From Eledone cirrhosa (Eukaryota): a DNA stretch of 64,000 nucleotides. The position numbers were made by a program, and so were the translations under genes. The stretch lies in NCBI GenBank assembly GCA_964016885.1, contig OZ024741.1, forward strand, positions 173,848,001-173,912,000, read 5' to 3'. Positions 1 to 10,718 of the stretch are shown here, piece by piece (the stretch's first letter is position 1; the number at the start of each line of letters is the position of its first letter). The notes under the pieces are model-generated. The model had not been told where the DNA came from. It made no database searches and was given only the letters and a program-made list of their open reading frames with translations.

Positions 1-1670
1 GTGACCAAATCATCACCTTTGCCTCAGGAGTCCAACAGGGTGCCCCACTCCGACCAGCTCTGTGTGCACTGAGTATTGATGACGTCACCAAGATGAGGGA
101 TTGAGTTGGACCTCAATGCCTGGTACCTCGACGACACCTGTTTGGGCGGGAACTCCGGATATAGTTCTCGCCACTGCCAACAAGATGGTTGAGGAGCTTG
201 GCCGCCGGGGTCTCCTGGTCAATAGCTCCAAATGTGAGCTCTGGATCCTCAACCAACCGGCTTCTCAACACCAACAGCTGATCGACCTGTTTGCAGAGTC
301 CTTCCCTTCCATCGCCGTCCCTCCTCCGTCGGCTTTGTGCTCCTTAGGAGCCCCAATCACAGACCTGGCCTTCAAGTCAATCTTCCAAACGAAGATGGTT
401 GGCCTTGAGCAACTGCGGAATATCGAAGTTATCGAACCCCATCAAGGTTTCTTCATACTCAGGAACTACCTTTCTATTCCTAAGTTTCTGTATCTGCTCA
501 GGGTCAGCCCCTCTCACAGATTTCCGTCCTGCCTCCAATGCTTCGACGACCTAATCTTCGAGAGACTCGAGTACCTGGTCAATGTTAGACACTCTCCAGA
601 GTCCCGCGATCAGGCTGCTTTGCCCTAGCGATTTGGGGGTCTTGGTCTTCGTAAGTGTTCGTCCCTCTCTCTCCCCTGCTTCTTTTCATCCACCCACGCT
701 CCACCCTGGTGAGCAACATCCTCTCCTCTCCAACATGGACTAGTTCCAACAGGGAGATGGGTGAAGCTCTCCAGCAATGGAGTGAGTTGTGCTTGTCTCT
801 TACTAAGAAGGTGGAGGACAGTCGAAGTCAGAGAACTTGGGACAGCATAAGTTCGAAGGCTACCTTTGACTCCCTCTTAGTCCAGTCAGATCAGTTTGCA
901 AGGTGCTGCTTACTATCTGCCAACGCCAAATACTTAGGCGACTTACCTGTGGCCAACGTTGGTGGCTTACTCAGTTTGGACGAACTTCGTGTCTCCATAG
1001 CCCTCAGAGTGCGAGCTGACATCTGCATGGGTTTGAGGTGCTGATGCGGCAAACTCCTCGACTCCACAGGCCTCCACGGTCGTTCTTGCCGCCTGATGCC
1101 GGCAGCTTCGCGCGTCACACGGAACTAAATCTCATTCTAAAGAGAGCTTTGGCCCGAGCGAATATTCCCTCAGTCTTGGAACCATCTGGGTTGTCCAGAA
1201 GTGACGGCAAAAGACCTGAGGGCCTTACCCTGTGCCCCTGGTCGAGAGGCAGGTACCTTGTCTAGGACGTCACTGTTAGTGACTCTTTTGCTCTTTCCCA
1301 CATACTGGATGCTGCGGTTAGGACGAGAGCCACAGCTTCTGCAGCCGAGCGGAATAAGACACTCACATGCTCTGATCGTTTTGCCAGCTACATTTTTCAG
1401 CCTGTGGCTTTCAAGACTTTTGAGGGAGTCGGGCCGCTGCCTGCGAGGTTCCTCTCTTCACTGGCGGCTCGCCTAATAGAGGTAACTGGCGAATCTCGCG
1501 AGGGCGCTTGCCTGTTTCTGCGCATCAGCCCCGCCATCACCCGAGGCAACGCTGCGAGTGGCTGGCTTGCCTCAAAAATCACTAGAGAGGTTGCCCAGTA
1601 CTCTTCGCGACGTTGCTGTCTTTTGCTCTGGTGTTGGCTCGGTTATTCACCCTTTCCTTTTCATTTTTTT
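1..1670 (+). mobile_element. Degenerate CRE-like (RLE-type) non-LTR retrotransposon, 3' part, unit 1
   Basis: Broken frames give RT motifs GVQQG.P and WYLDD, a CxCG...H...C knuckle and restriction-like endonuclease [28 protein letters not shown]. Confidence 0.85.
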
Positions 1671-2115
1671 AAATATTGTAACATTAAAAGAATATATCTT
1701 TCTGAATGAATCGCGAGCAATTTATAATGTTATCGAAGCATTTGTAATGTTATTTATGAATATATTTAAAACATGTGTTATGTTATTCTACTGTAAACTT
1801 ATTTATATGCTCTGTGTATATTTTCATTCTGAAAGAATTGCAAACGATTTGTAATGTTATTTATACACCTATGAATAAAATCAATCCCGTCTTGCCAATG
1901 TAGTAGTCTAATTTAGAAGAAAATAACTCTTTTAAGTAATGAAAGACAGAAAGAAAACATCAACATGGCTGAACTCTTGACGGTTATCTATATCTTTATA
2001 TAATTGTTTCTACTTTTGGCACAAGGCCAGCAATTATCTCAGTGCATAATATAAGAGAGATGTTTATTGGTTGGTTGGTTGCACGAAAACTACACGCACA
2101 CACATACACATCTAA

Positions 2116-2152
2116 AGAGAGAGCGAGAGAGAGAGGGAGAGAGAGAGAGGGA

Positions 2153-2226
<74 letters not shown>
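2116..2226. repeat. (GA)n microsatellite ~40 bp upstream of the ATG (counterparts 9655-9683, 17172-17248, 24704-24808)
   Basis: Read directly; length differs between units. Confidence 0.95.
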
Positions 2227-2230
<4 letters not shown>

Positions 2231-2266
2231 GGCCGTTATACAGAGAGATTGCGACGCAGCAGAATA

Positions 2267-3022
2267 ATGAAGATTCTAACATTACTCTATCTGCTGGCAA
2301 TGACCTATATATCAATGGTCAATGGAAACTTTAAGATTCGAGCAAATGGAACAATTTGGTTAGGGAAAAGTACAACTCTTATAACTCCAATCGACAGTGA
2401 TACTGCTCCTATTAGATGGAGTAGCAGAGAAAAGAATATTGCATGTGACCTATCTTGCGGTATGAATCATGACTTCAAAGTTATTAGAATAGGTAATGTT
2501 TCTATTCTTTGGATAGGAGAGGTTTCTTTTAATTATCGTACATGGTCAGTTTCTGGTGACGGTATTGATAATGATTCCTTCACTATGAATATAAATGTGA
2601 AACCAGAGGTTAAAATTGAAAAGACAACAAATTGTGAATACAAAATAATAGCGAAGTGTTCTAACCCCAAGGCAGTTATAGAATGTTTCTTCAACAATAA
2701 AACAATGAATCTTGAACACGAAACTCAACCATGTCATCTTAAAATTCCTAAAACAAGCGCTGCTATAATAAAACTACCATTTGCATATGGGAAAATCAAC
2801 TGTGATATCCGTCTTGATAGCATTTTGAATATTTCTAAAACTGAAGAATTTAATTGTAAAACTGAACATTTTGAAAGCACTAGCACTTTTACTAGCACTT
2901 TTCGAGAGGAAATCATTACAATATTGCCTGCTTCAAATAACAGTGCAAAATCCTGCATTTCCAGAATTTGGATGGAACTTATTTTTGGGATCATAATTAC
3001 TGTTATCTATTTAAGATATTAA
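2267..3022 (+). CDS. Cell-surface two-Ig-domain-like protein, paralog 1 (251 aa, long stalk, probable GPI anchor)
   Basis: ATG at 2267 gives signal peptide MKILTLLYLLAMTYISMVNG. V-like motifs GKSTTL/IRW/LWIxEV/YxTW; second domain CSNPKAVIEC...INCDI; terminal hydrophobic IWMELIFGIIITVIYL with no tail. The ORF is open in all four copies. Confidence 0.85.
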   Translation: MKILTLLYLLAMTYISMVNGNFKIRANGTIWLGKSTTLITPIDSDTAPIRWSSREKNIACDLSCGMNHDFKVIRIGNVSILWIGEVSFNYRTWSVSGDGIDNDSFTMNINVKPEVKIEKTTNCEYKIIAKCSNPKAVIECFFNNKTMNLEHETQPCHLKIPKTSAAIIKLPFAYGKINCDIRLDSILNISKTEEFNCKTEHFESTSTFTSTFREEIITILPASNNSAKSCISRIWMELIFGIIITVIYLRY

Positions 3023-3449
3023 AAAGTAATAGACAGGGATGGTATGTAATCGTCTGTTATTTTTTTGCATGAGTTAGATGGGTTTTCACTCTCACAGCTT
3101 ACTTTCACTTGTTCCATTCATTTGTCAACAATTTGAAATCAGCTCTCACCACTTCAGTCAAGGTCTTCCTTAGTCTTCTCTTCCACAGCTTTCTTTCTTG
3201 GATTCTCTTAGCTCTTCTTGACCCAACGATCATCATGTATCTGCATCACATATCCTTACCAGTGCAATCTTCTCTCTTGCACATCTGATTCAACTTATGC
3301 CCAGTTTTTCACTCAGTTCATTCTTGCTTCATCATTCATGCATACTAACATTACACATTCTTAAAGAGCATGTTTGATTTGTTTCTCTGCAGTCTTCACA
3401 CATTCTCTGCATTCACTGCTCATGTCTTACTACAATGTTGTATCACACT

Positions 3450-3830
3450 TAAGAGACGTGCAACTAACAAGCGAATACCCTCTATCAGGCATCTACCATA
3501 CTCTGAATGCTTTGCTTCCCTGGGCATGGATTCATTGAAGCTCCGACGTCTGGCAACTGACTTGGCAAACACCCACAAAATTATTAACCATCTCGCCAAA
3601 AAACAACCCTGATCACCTTTTTGATTTCTATGTGTCTAACACACGTGGGTATGCTTAGAAAGTCAAGAAACGGAACAGCTCCCATGACTTTCGGAAACAT
3701 TTTTTTACACACAGAGTTGCTGAAGCATGGAACAAACTACCTGCATCAGTTGTTAGCTGTCGAGATACAGCATCCTTTAAATAATCCATGCTTCCTGAAA
3801 TTCACCAACACTATACCTGATATCCCGCCT
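3450..3830 (+). mobile_element. CR1-clade LINE 3' fragment (also ~10964-11335, 18442-18812, 26008-26378)
   Basis: RRAT.RIPSIRHLPYSE.L..LG.DSL.LRRL..DL, TRGH.YK, FFTLRV.EAWNKLP are typical of the CR1 ORF2 C-terminus. Confidence 0.85.
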
Positions 3831-3884
3831 CCACACACACACACATGTATACCATGACTCATACACTGTTCATTTTTCTGACAT

Positions 3885-4042
3885 TTGTTCGGACGCCAAG
3901 TATAGAGTTATGGCCCTTGTCATTCTGAGTTCAAATACCGCCGAAGTTAACTTTGCCTTTCATCCTTACGGGGTGGATTAAATAAAGTACCAGTAATACA
4001 CTGCAATAATTGCTGGCCTTCTGCCAAAAAGTAGAAACAATT
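3885..4042 (+). mobile_element. tRNA-derived SINE, 5'-truncated (also ~11405-11562, 18883-19040, 26443-26598)
   Basis: B-box gagttcaaat, core ctttgcctttcatccttacgggg and tail ccaaaagtagaaacaatta, shared with many copies in the window. Confidence 0.85.
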
Positions 4043-4749
4043 ATTCTATGTACTATACATGCATCTTTGATGAGTTGTAGTGCACCTGAGCACGTTGCAC
4101 AATAATTTGTGCCTAAAGTAGAAACAATTATTATTATATATAATTAAAGTGTTAGATATTCAGAGAGAGGGGGCCGGGGACCTCGCACAAAAGTCTTTGA
4201 TTTTACAGAACAAAGAAAAAATTGTTACTATTTGAAATTAATCTAGGGTGTATATTAATTTAGCTTTTTGAGGATAGTGTCATGTTATTACTGACCTAAT
4301 TCAGATAACAGAGTGTCGACCTATTCTCTAAGGCTGCTATTTGTATTTATTTCTATTTTATTTTATAATGATTTGTATTATTGTTTTCTTTTTAAAGATA
4401 TTTTCCAAGAAAATTAATTTCATAATGTCACCAAAACACCGCTCATCTATCGGGAGGAGGTACAATGTCCGCCAAACGGTTGAAATCTTCAAACGAAAGA
4501 GAAACTCACGAACAATATAAAAAAAAAAGACTTGGGAATAAAGGGACAAGTAAACATTGTGACATACAGCAGAATATGGAACAGAAAGGTTAAGACATCA
4601 AGAAACGATCGCAACTTTCTGAAAGTCTACAGAACCTGATGTCTCAGATTAAGGCAAGAAGAAAGACTATCGCAACAAACAGGGGTTCAATACGAAAATC
4701 ACCAAGAAGCAATGAGAGTTGTGATGCAAACTCGACGAGCACAAAGAAC

Positions 4750-5384
<635 letters not shown>

Positions 5385-5499
5385 TTCTCTATATTTGTCT
5401 ATATTGAAAAATTGCCCTTTGTAGGGTCCTGTATTATTGGCAGATGTATACATTCAAATAAATGAACAAATCAGGATGGTGCTAAATTTACTCTTGAAA

Positions 5500-6659
5500 A
5501 GTTATATTTAGCTTTTGTTGACCTAGAGAAGGCCTTTGATAGGGTACCCCGATCTGTCATCTGGTGGTCCCTAAGGAAACTAGGTGTAGAGGAATGGCTT
5601 GTGAGGACAGTGCAAGCTATGTACATGGGTGCTGTGAGTAAAGTGAGAATAGGAATGGAGTTTAGTGAGGAATTCCAGATACAAGTAGGTGTACATCAAG
5701 GTTCTGTCCTCAGCCCGCTCTTGTTCATTATAGTCTCCCAGCCATAACAGAGGAGTTTAAGACTGGCTGTCCATGGGAACTTCTCTATGATGACGATCTG
5801 GTTCTTATAGCAGAATCAGTAGAGGAGCTAGAGAATAAATTCTGGCTATGGAAACAGCAGTTGGAATCAAGAGGCCTGAGAGTGAACATAGCTAAAACAA
5901 AGGTGTTGATGAGTAGAAAAGAGGACAAAACTCTGATTCCTGCAGGGAAATGGCCATGTTTGATATGTAGGAAAGGAACTGGCATAAATTCCATAAAATG
6001 TACGTAATGAAAATCTTGGGTACACAAGAGATGTAGAGGGATAGCAGGCAAACTAACAGGTAGGGAAAACTACGTATGCAGTAGATGTACAGGGAAAGTT
6101 GGCAGTAGTAATCGCAGTGATAGACTCATTTTTCCAATGCAGGTGGGTTCTATAGAAGTGGTTGATAGTTTCCGCTACCTAGATGATCAGATTAGCATGG
6201 GAGGGGGGTGTTCCGAAGCCATAGTATCTAGAATAAGGACGGGTTGGAAGAAGTTTAGGGAGCTGCTTCCTCTGTTGATGAAGAAGGGTTTCTCCCTGCG
6301 TACGAAGGACGGTTATATGATGCCTGTGTGAGATGCGCGATGCTGTATGGTAGTGAGACATGGGCAGCAACTGCAGAAGATATGCGACGGCTGGAGAGAA
6401 ATGAAGCTAGTATGCTCCGTTGGATGTGCAATGTCAATGTGCGTGAACGACAAAGCATAGACGAGTTGAGAGAGAAACTGGATATAAGAGGGATAAGTTG
6501 TGGTGTGCAGGAGAGAAGGCTGAGATGGTATGAACATGTGATGCGCATGGAGGATAACCAATGAGTGAAGAAGTGCCAGGAAGCCTCAGTGGAGGGAAGT
6601 CGCAGTAGACCACGATAAATATGGGCGGAGGTGGTGTAGCAGACCTCAGATAGCTGAAA
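5500..6659 (+). mobile_element. RTE-clade LINE RT/3' fragment, unit 1 (also ~13015-14179, 20510-21674)
   Basis: FVDLEKAFDRVP, GVHQGSVLSPLLF, LLYDDDL, FRYLG, MLYGSETW, RLRWY.HV.R; cut at the duplication junction. Confidence 0.9.
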
Positions 6660-9030
6660 TTCTGCGAAGTTGACATTAAAGGTGATGTCCGTCTCCTTTC
6701 TTCTCTGTCCTCCATTGCTCTGTGCAATTCTGATTCTCTTAAGCGACTGAAAGAGAAGCACCCATCGGCACCCCTAGATGATCAGCTACACTAGCCCAAA
6801 CCACCAGAATACTCGAGACTGGTTTACACCACCAATATCATCAGAAAGGCGATTTCATCCTTCCCCGCTGTGTCAGGCGCGGGAATTGACGGCCTTCGTC
6901 CTCAACACCTGAAGGATGGTAACTCCTTATCGGCCGGTGACGCCGGACTCGAGCTCTTGGAGAGTCTAACTCAGTTTGTGAATCAGATCTCTTCAGTGAA
7001 TGCTCTCGCGTTCATTCACCCACCTTTCTTCGGTGCGAAGCTATTTGGTCTCCCCAAGCCCAAAGGGGACCTGCGCCCCATTGCGCTTGGCTGCACCCTT
7101 CGCCACCTCACTGCAAAGGCGTGTTTGGTGTTGGATTCCGACTCACTGGCGGAGGAATTTTCCCCCATCCAGTTGGGATGTGAGGCTGCTGTCCACGCTA
7201 CCAGAGCATTTACCAACTTGCCCTCCTCCTCCCCCAAGGTCATCCTCAAACTTGACCTCAAGAATGCATTTTACTTCGTCAGCTGCGACGTCGTCCTCAG
7301 CTCAGTAAGAGAGAGAGTCCCACAACTCTACAACTTTGCTTGGCAGGCTTATCGGGAGCCCTCCTACCTCTCTTTCGGTGACCAAATAATCACCTTTACC
7401 TCAGGAGTCCAACAGGGTGCCCCACTCCGACCCGCTCTGTATACACTGGGCATTGTTCACGTCACCAAGATGAGGGATTGAGTTGGACCTCAATGCCTGG
7501 TACCTCGACGACGCCTGTTTGGGCGGGAACTCCGGATATAGTTGTCGCCACTGCCAATAAGATGGTTGAGGAGCTTGGCCGCCGGGGTCTCCTGGTCAAT
7601 AGCTCCAAATATGAGCTCTGGATCCTCAACCAACCGGCTTCTCAACACCAACAGCTGATCGACCTGTTTGCAGAGCCTTTCCCTTCCATCGCCGTCCCTC
7701 CTCCGTCGGCTTGGTGCTCCTTAGGAGCCCCAATCACAGACCTGGCCTTCAAGTCAATCTTCCAATCGAAGATGGTTGGTCTTGAGCAACTCCAGAGGAA
7801 TATCGAAGTTTTCGAACCCCATCAAGGTTTCTTCATACTCAGGAACTACCTTTCTATTCCTAAGCTTCTGTATCTGCTCAGGGTCAGCCCCTCTCACAGA
7901 TTTCCGTCCTGCCTCCAATGCTTCGACGACCTAATCTTCGAGAGACTCAAATGCCTGGTCAATGTTAGACTCTCTCCAGAGTCCCGCGATCAGGCTGCTT
8001 TGCCCTAGCGATTTGGGGGGTCTTGGTCTTCGTAAGTGTTCGTCCCTCTCTCTCCCCTGCTTCCTTTCATCCACCCTCGCTCCACCCTGGTGAGCAACAT
8101 CCTCTCCTCTCCAACATGGACTAGTTCCAACAGAGAGATGGGTGAAGCTCTCCAGCAATGGAGTGAGTTGTGCTTGTCTCTTATTAAGAAGGTGGAGGAC
8201 AGTCGAAGTCAGAGAACTTGGGACAGCATAAGTTCGAAGGCCACCTTTGACTCCCTCTTAGTCCAGTCAGATCAGTTTGCAAGGTGCTGCTTACTATCTG
8301 CCAACGCCAAATACTCAGGCGACTTACCCGTGGCCAACGTTGGTGGCTTACTCAGTTTGGACGAACTTCGTGTCTCCATAGCCCTCAGAGTGCGAACTGA
8401 CATCTGCATGGGTTTGAGGTGCTGATGCGGCAAACTCCTCGACTCCACAGGCCTCCACGGTTGTTCTTGCCGCCTGATGCCGGCCGCTTCGCGCGTCACA
8501 CGGAGCTAAACCTCATTCTAAAGAGAGCTTTGGCCCGAGCGAATATTCCCTCAGTCTTGGAACCATCTGGGTTGCCCAGAAGTGACGGCAAAAGACCTGA
8601 GGGCCTTACACTGTGCCCCTGGTCGAGAGGCAGGTACCTTGTCTAGGACGTCACTGTTAGTGACTCTTTTGCTCTTTCCCACATACTGGATGCTGCGGTT
8701 AGGACGAGAGCCACAGCTTCTGCAGCCGAGCGGAGTAAGACCCTCACATACTCATTTTTCAGCCTGTGGCTTCGTGACGTTTGAGGGAGTCGGGCGGCTG
8801 TCTGCGAGGTTCCTCTCTTCACTGGTGGCTCGCCTAATAGAGGTAACTGGCGAATCTCGCGAGGGCGCTTACCTGTTTCAGCGCATCAGCCCCGCCATCA
8901 CCCGAGGCAACGCTGCGAGTGGGCTGGCTTGCCTCAAAAAATCACTAGAGAGGTTGCCCAGTACTCCTCGCGACGTTGCTGTCTTTTGCTCTGGTGTCGG
9001 CTCGGTTATTCCCCCTTTCCTTTTCATTTT
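6660..9030 (+). mobile_element. Degenerate CRE-like non-LTR retrotransposon, unit 2
   Basis: [33 protein letters not shown], YLDD and RLE motifs, with frameshifts and stops. Confidence 0.85.
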
Positions 9031-9040
9031 CTTTAATATT

Positions 9041-9221
9041 TGTTTCTACTTTAGGCACAAGGCCAGCAATTACCCAGTACATTACTGGTACTTTATTTTA
9101 TCGACCCCGTAAGGATGAAAGGCAAAGTTAACCTCTGCGGGATTTGAACTCAGACTGTAAAGGGACGTAACTATGCTAGAAAGCATGGCGTCCAACCCTA
9201 TACCGATACTGCCAATCCACC
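9041..9221 (-). mobile_element. Full-length SINE specific to units 2 and 3 (counterpart 16561-16740)
   Basis: Reverse complement of the SINE consensus; absent at the equivalent sites ~1678 and ~24073. Confidence 0.9.
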
Positions 9222-9723
9222 ATTAAAAGAATATATCTTTCTGAATGAATCGCGAGCAATTTATAATGTTATCGAAGCATTTGTAATGTTATTTATGAAT
9301 ATATTCAAAACATGTGTTATGTTATTCTACTGTAAATTTATTTATATGCTCTGTGTATATTTTCATTCTGAAAGAATTGCAAACGATTTGTAATGTTATT
9401 TATACAACTATGAATAAAATCAATCCCGTCTTACCAATGTAGTAGTCTAATTTAGAAGAAAATAACTCTTTTAAGTAATGAAAGCCAGAAAGAAAACATC
9501 AACATGGCTGAACTCTTGACGGTTATCTATATCTTTATATAATTGTTTCTACTTTTGGCACAAGGCCAGCAATTATCTCAGTGCATAATATAAGAGAGAT
9601 GTTTATTGGTTGGTTGGTTGCACGAAAACTACACGCACACACATACACATCTAAAGAGAGAGCGAGAGAGAGAGAGAGAGAGATTTAGGCCGTTATACAG
9701 AGAGATTGCGACGCAGCAGAATA

Positions 9724-10449
9724 ATGAAGTTTCTAAGATTACTCTATCTGCTGGCAATGACCTATATATCAATGGTCAATGGAAACTTTAAGATTCGAGC
9801 AAAAGGAACAATTTGGTTAGGGAAAAGTACAACTCTTATAACTCCAACCGACAGTGATACTGCTCCTATTAACTGGACTAGCGGAGAAAAGAATATTGAA
9901 TGTGACCTATCTTGCGGTTGTTATGATGACTACATAGTTACTAGAAATGATAATCTTTCTAGTCTTTGGATAAGAGAGGTTTCTTTTAATTACGGTACAT
10001 GGTCAGTTTCTGGTGACGGTATTGATAGTGATTCCTTCACTATGAATATAAATGTGAAACCAGAGGTTAAAATTGAAAAGACAACAAATTGTGAATACAA
10101 AATAATAGCGGAGTGTTCTAACCCCAAGGCAGTTATAGAATGTTTCTTCAACAATAACACAATGAATCTTGAACACGAAACTCAACCTTGTCATCTTAAA
10201 ATTCCTAAAACCAGCGCTGCTATAATAAAACTACCATTTGCATATGGGAAAATCAACTGTGATGTCCGTCTTGATAGCATTTTGAATATTTCTAAAACTG
10301 AAGAATTTAATTGTAAAAGAGTAGAATTTCGAGAGGAAATGACTACAATATCGCCTGTTTTAAGTAACAGTGCAAAATCCTGCATTTCCAGAATTTGGAT
10401 GGAACTTATTATTGGGATCATAATTACTGTTATCTGTTTAAGATATTAA
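9724..10449 (+). CDS. Cell-surface two-Ig-domain-like protein, paralog 2 (241 aa, short stalk)
   Basis: Paralog of 2267-3022 with ATG at 9724, a 30-nt shorter in-frame stalk and an extra Cys (CDLSCGC). Confidence 0.85.
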   Translation: MKFLRLLYLLAMTYISMVNGNFKIRAKGTIWLGKSTTLITPTDSDTAPINWTSGEKNIECDLSCGCYDDYIVTRNDNLSSLWIREVSFNYGTWSVSGDGIDSDSFTMNINVKPEVKIEKTTNCEYKIIAECSNPKAVIECFFNNNTMNLEHETQPCHLKIPKTSAAIIKLPFAYGKINCDVRLDSILNISKTEEFNCKRVEFREEMTTISPVLSNSAKSCISRIWMELIIGIIITVICLRY

Positions 10450-10613
10450 AAAGTAATAGACAGGGATGGTATGTAATCGTCTGTTATTTTTCTGCATGAG
10501 TTGGATGGGTTTTCACACTCACAGCTTACTTTCACTTGTTCCATTCATTTGTTAACAATTTGAGATCAGCTCTCACCACATTAGTCTTCTCTTCCACAGC
10601 TTTCTTTCATGGA

Positions 10614-10718
10614 TCCCGCCGAGGTTAACTTTGCCTTTCATCCTTACGGGGTCGATAAAATAAAGTACCAGTAATGCACTGAGTAATTGCTGGCCTTGTG
10701 CCAAAAGTAGAAACAATT
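10614..10718 (+). mobile_element. 5'-truncated SINE unique to unit 2
   Basis: cccgccgaggttaac...agaaacaat interrupts catggat|tatcttag, which is uninterrupted in units 3 and 4. Confidence 0.85.

Noticed and set aside
101-1709. CRE-derived ORFs as functional or domesticated genes
   Set aside because: Stops and frameshifts are shared by all units, and further private lesions occur.
2042-2266. N-terminal extension with poly-(ER) in the ORF track (also 24630-24848)
   Set aside because: It starts at a non-ATG codon, translates the GA microsatellite, is out of frame in copies 2 and 3, and precedes the signal peptide that begins at the ATG.
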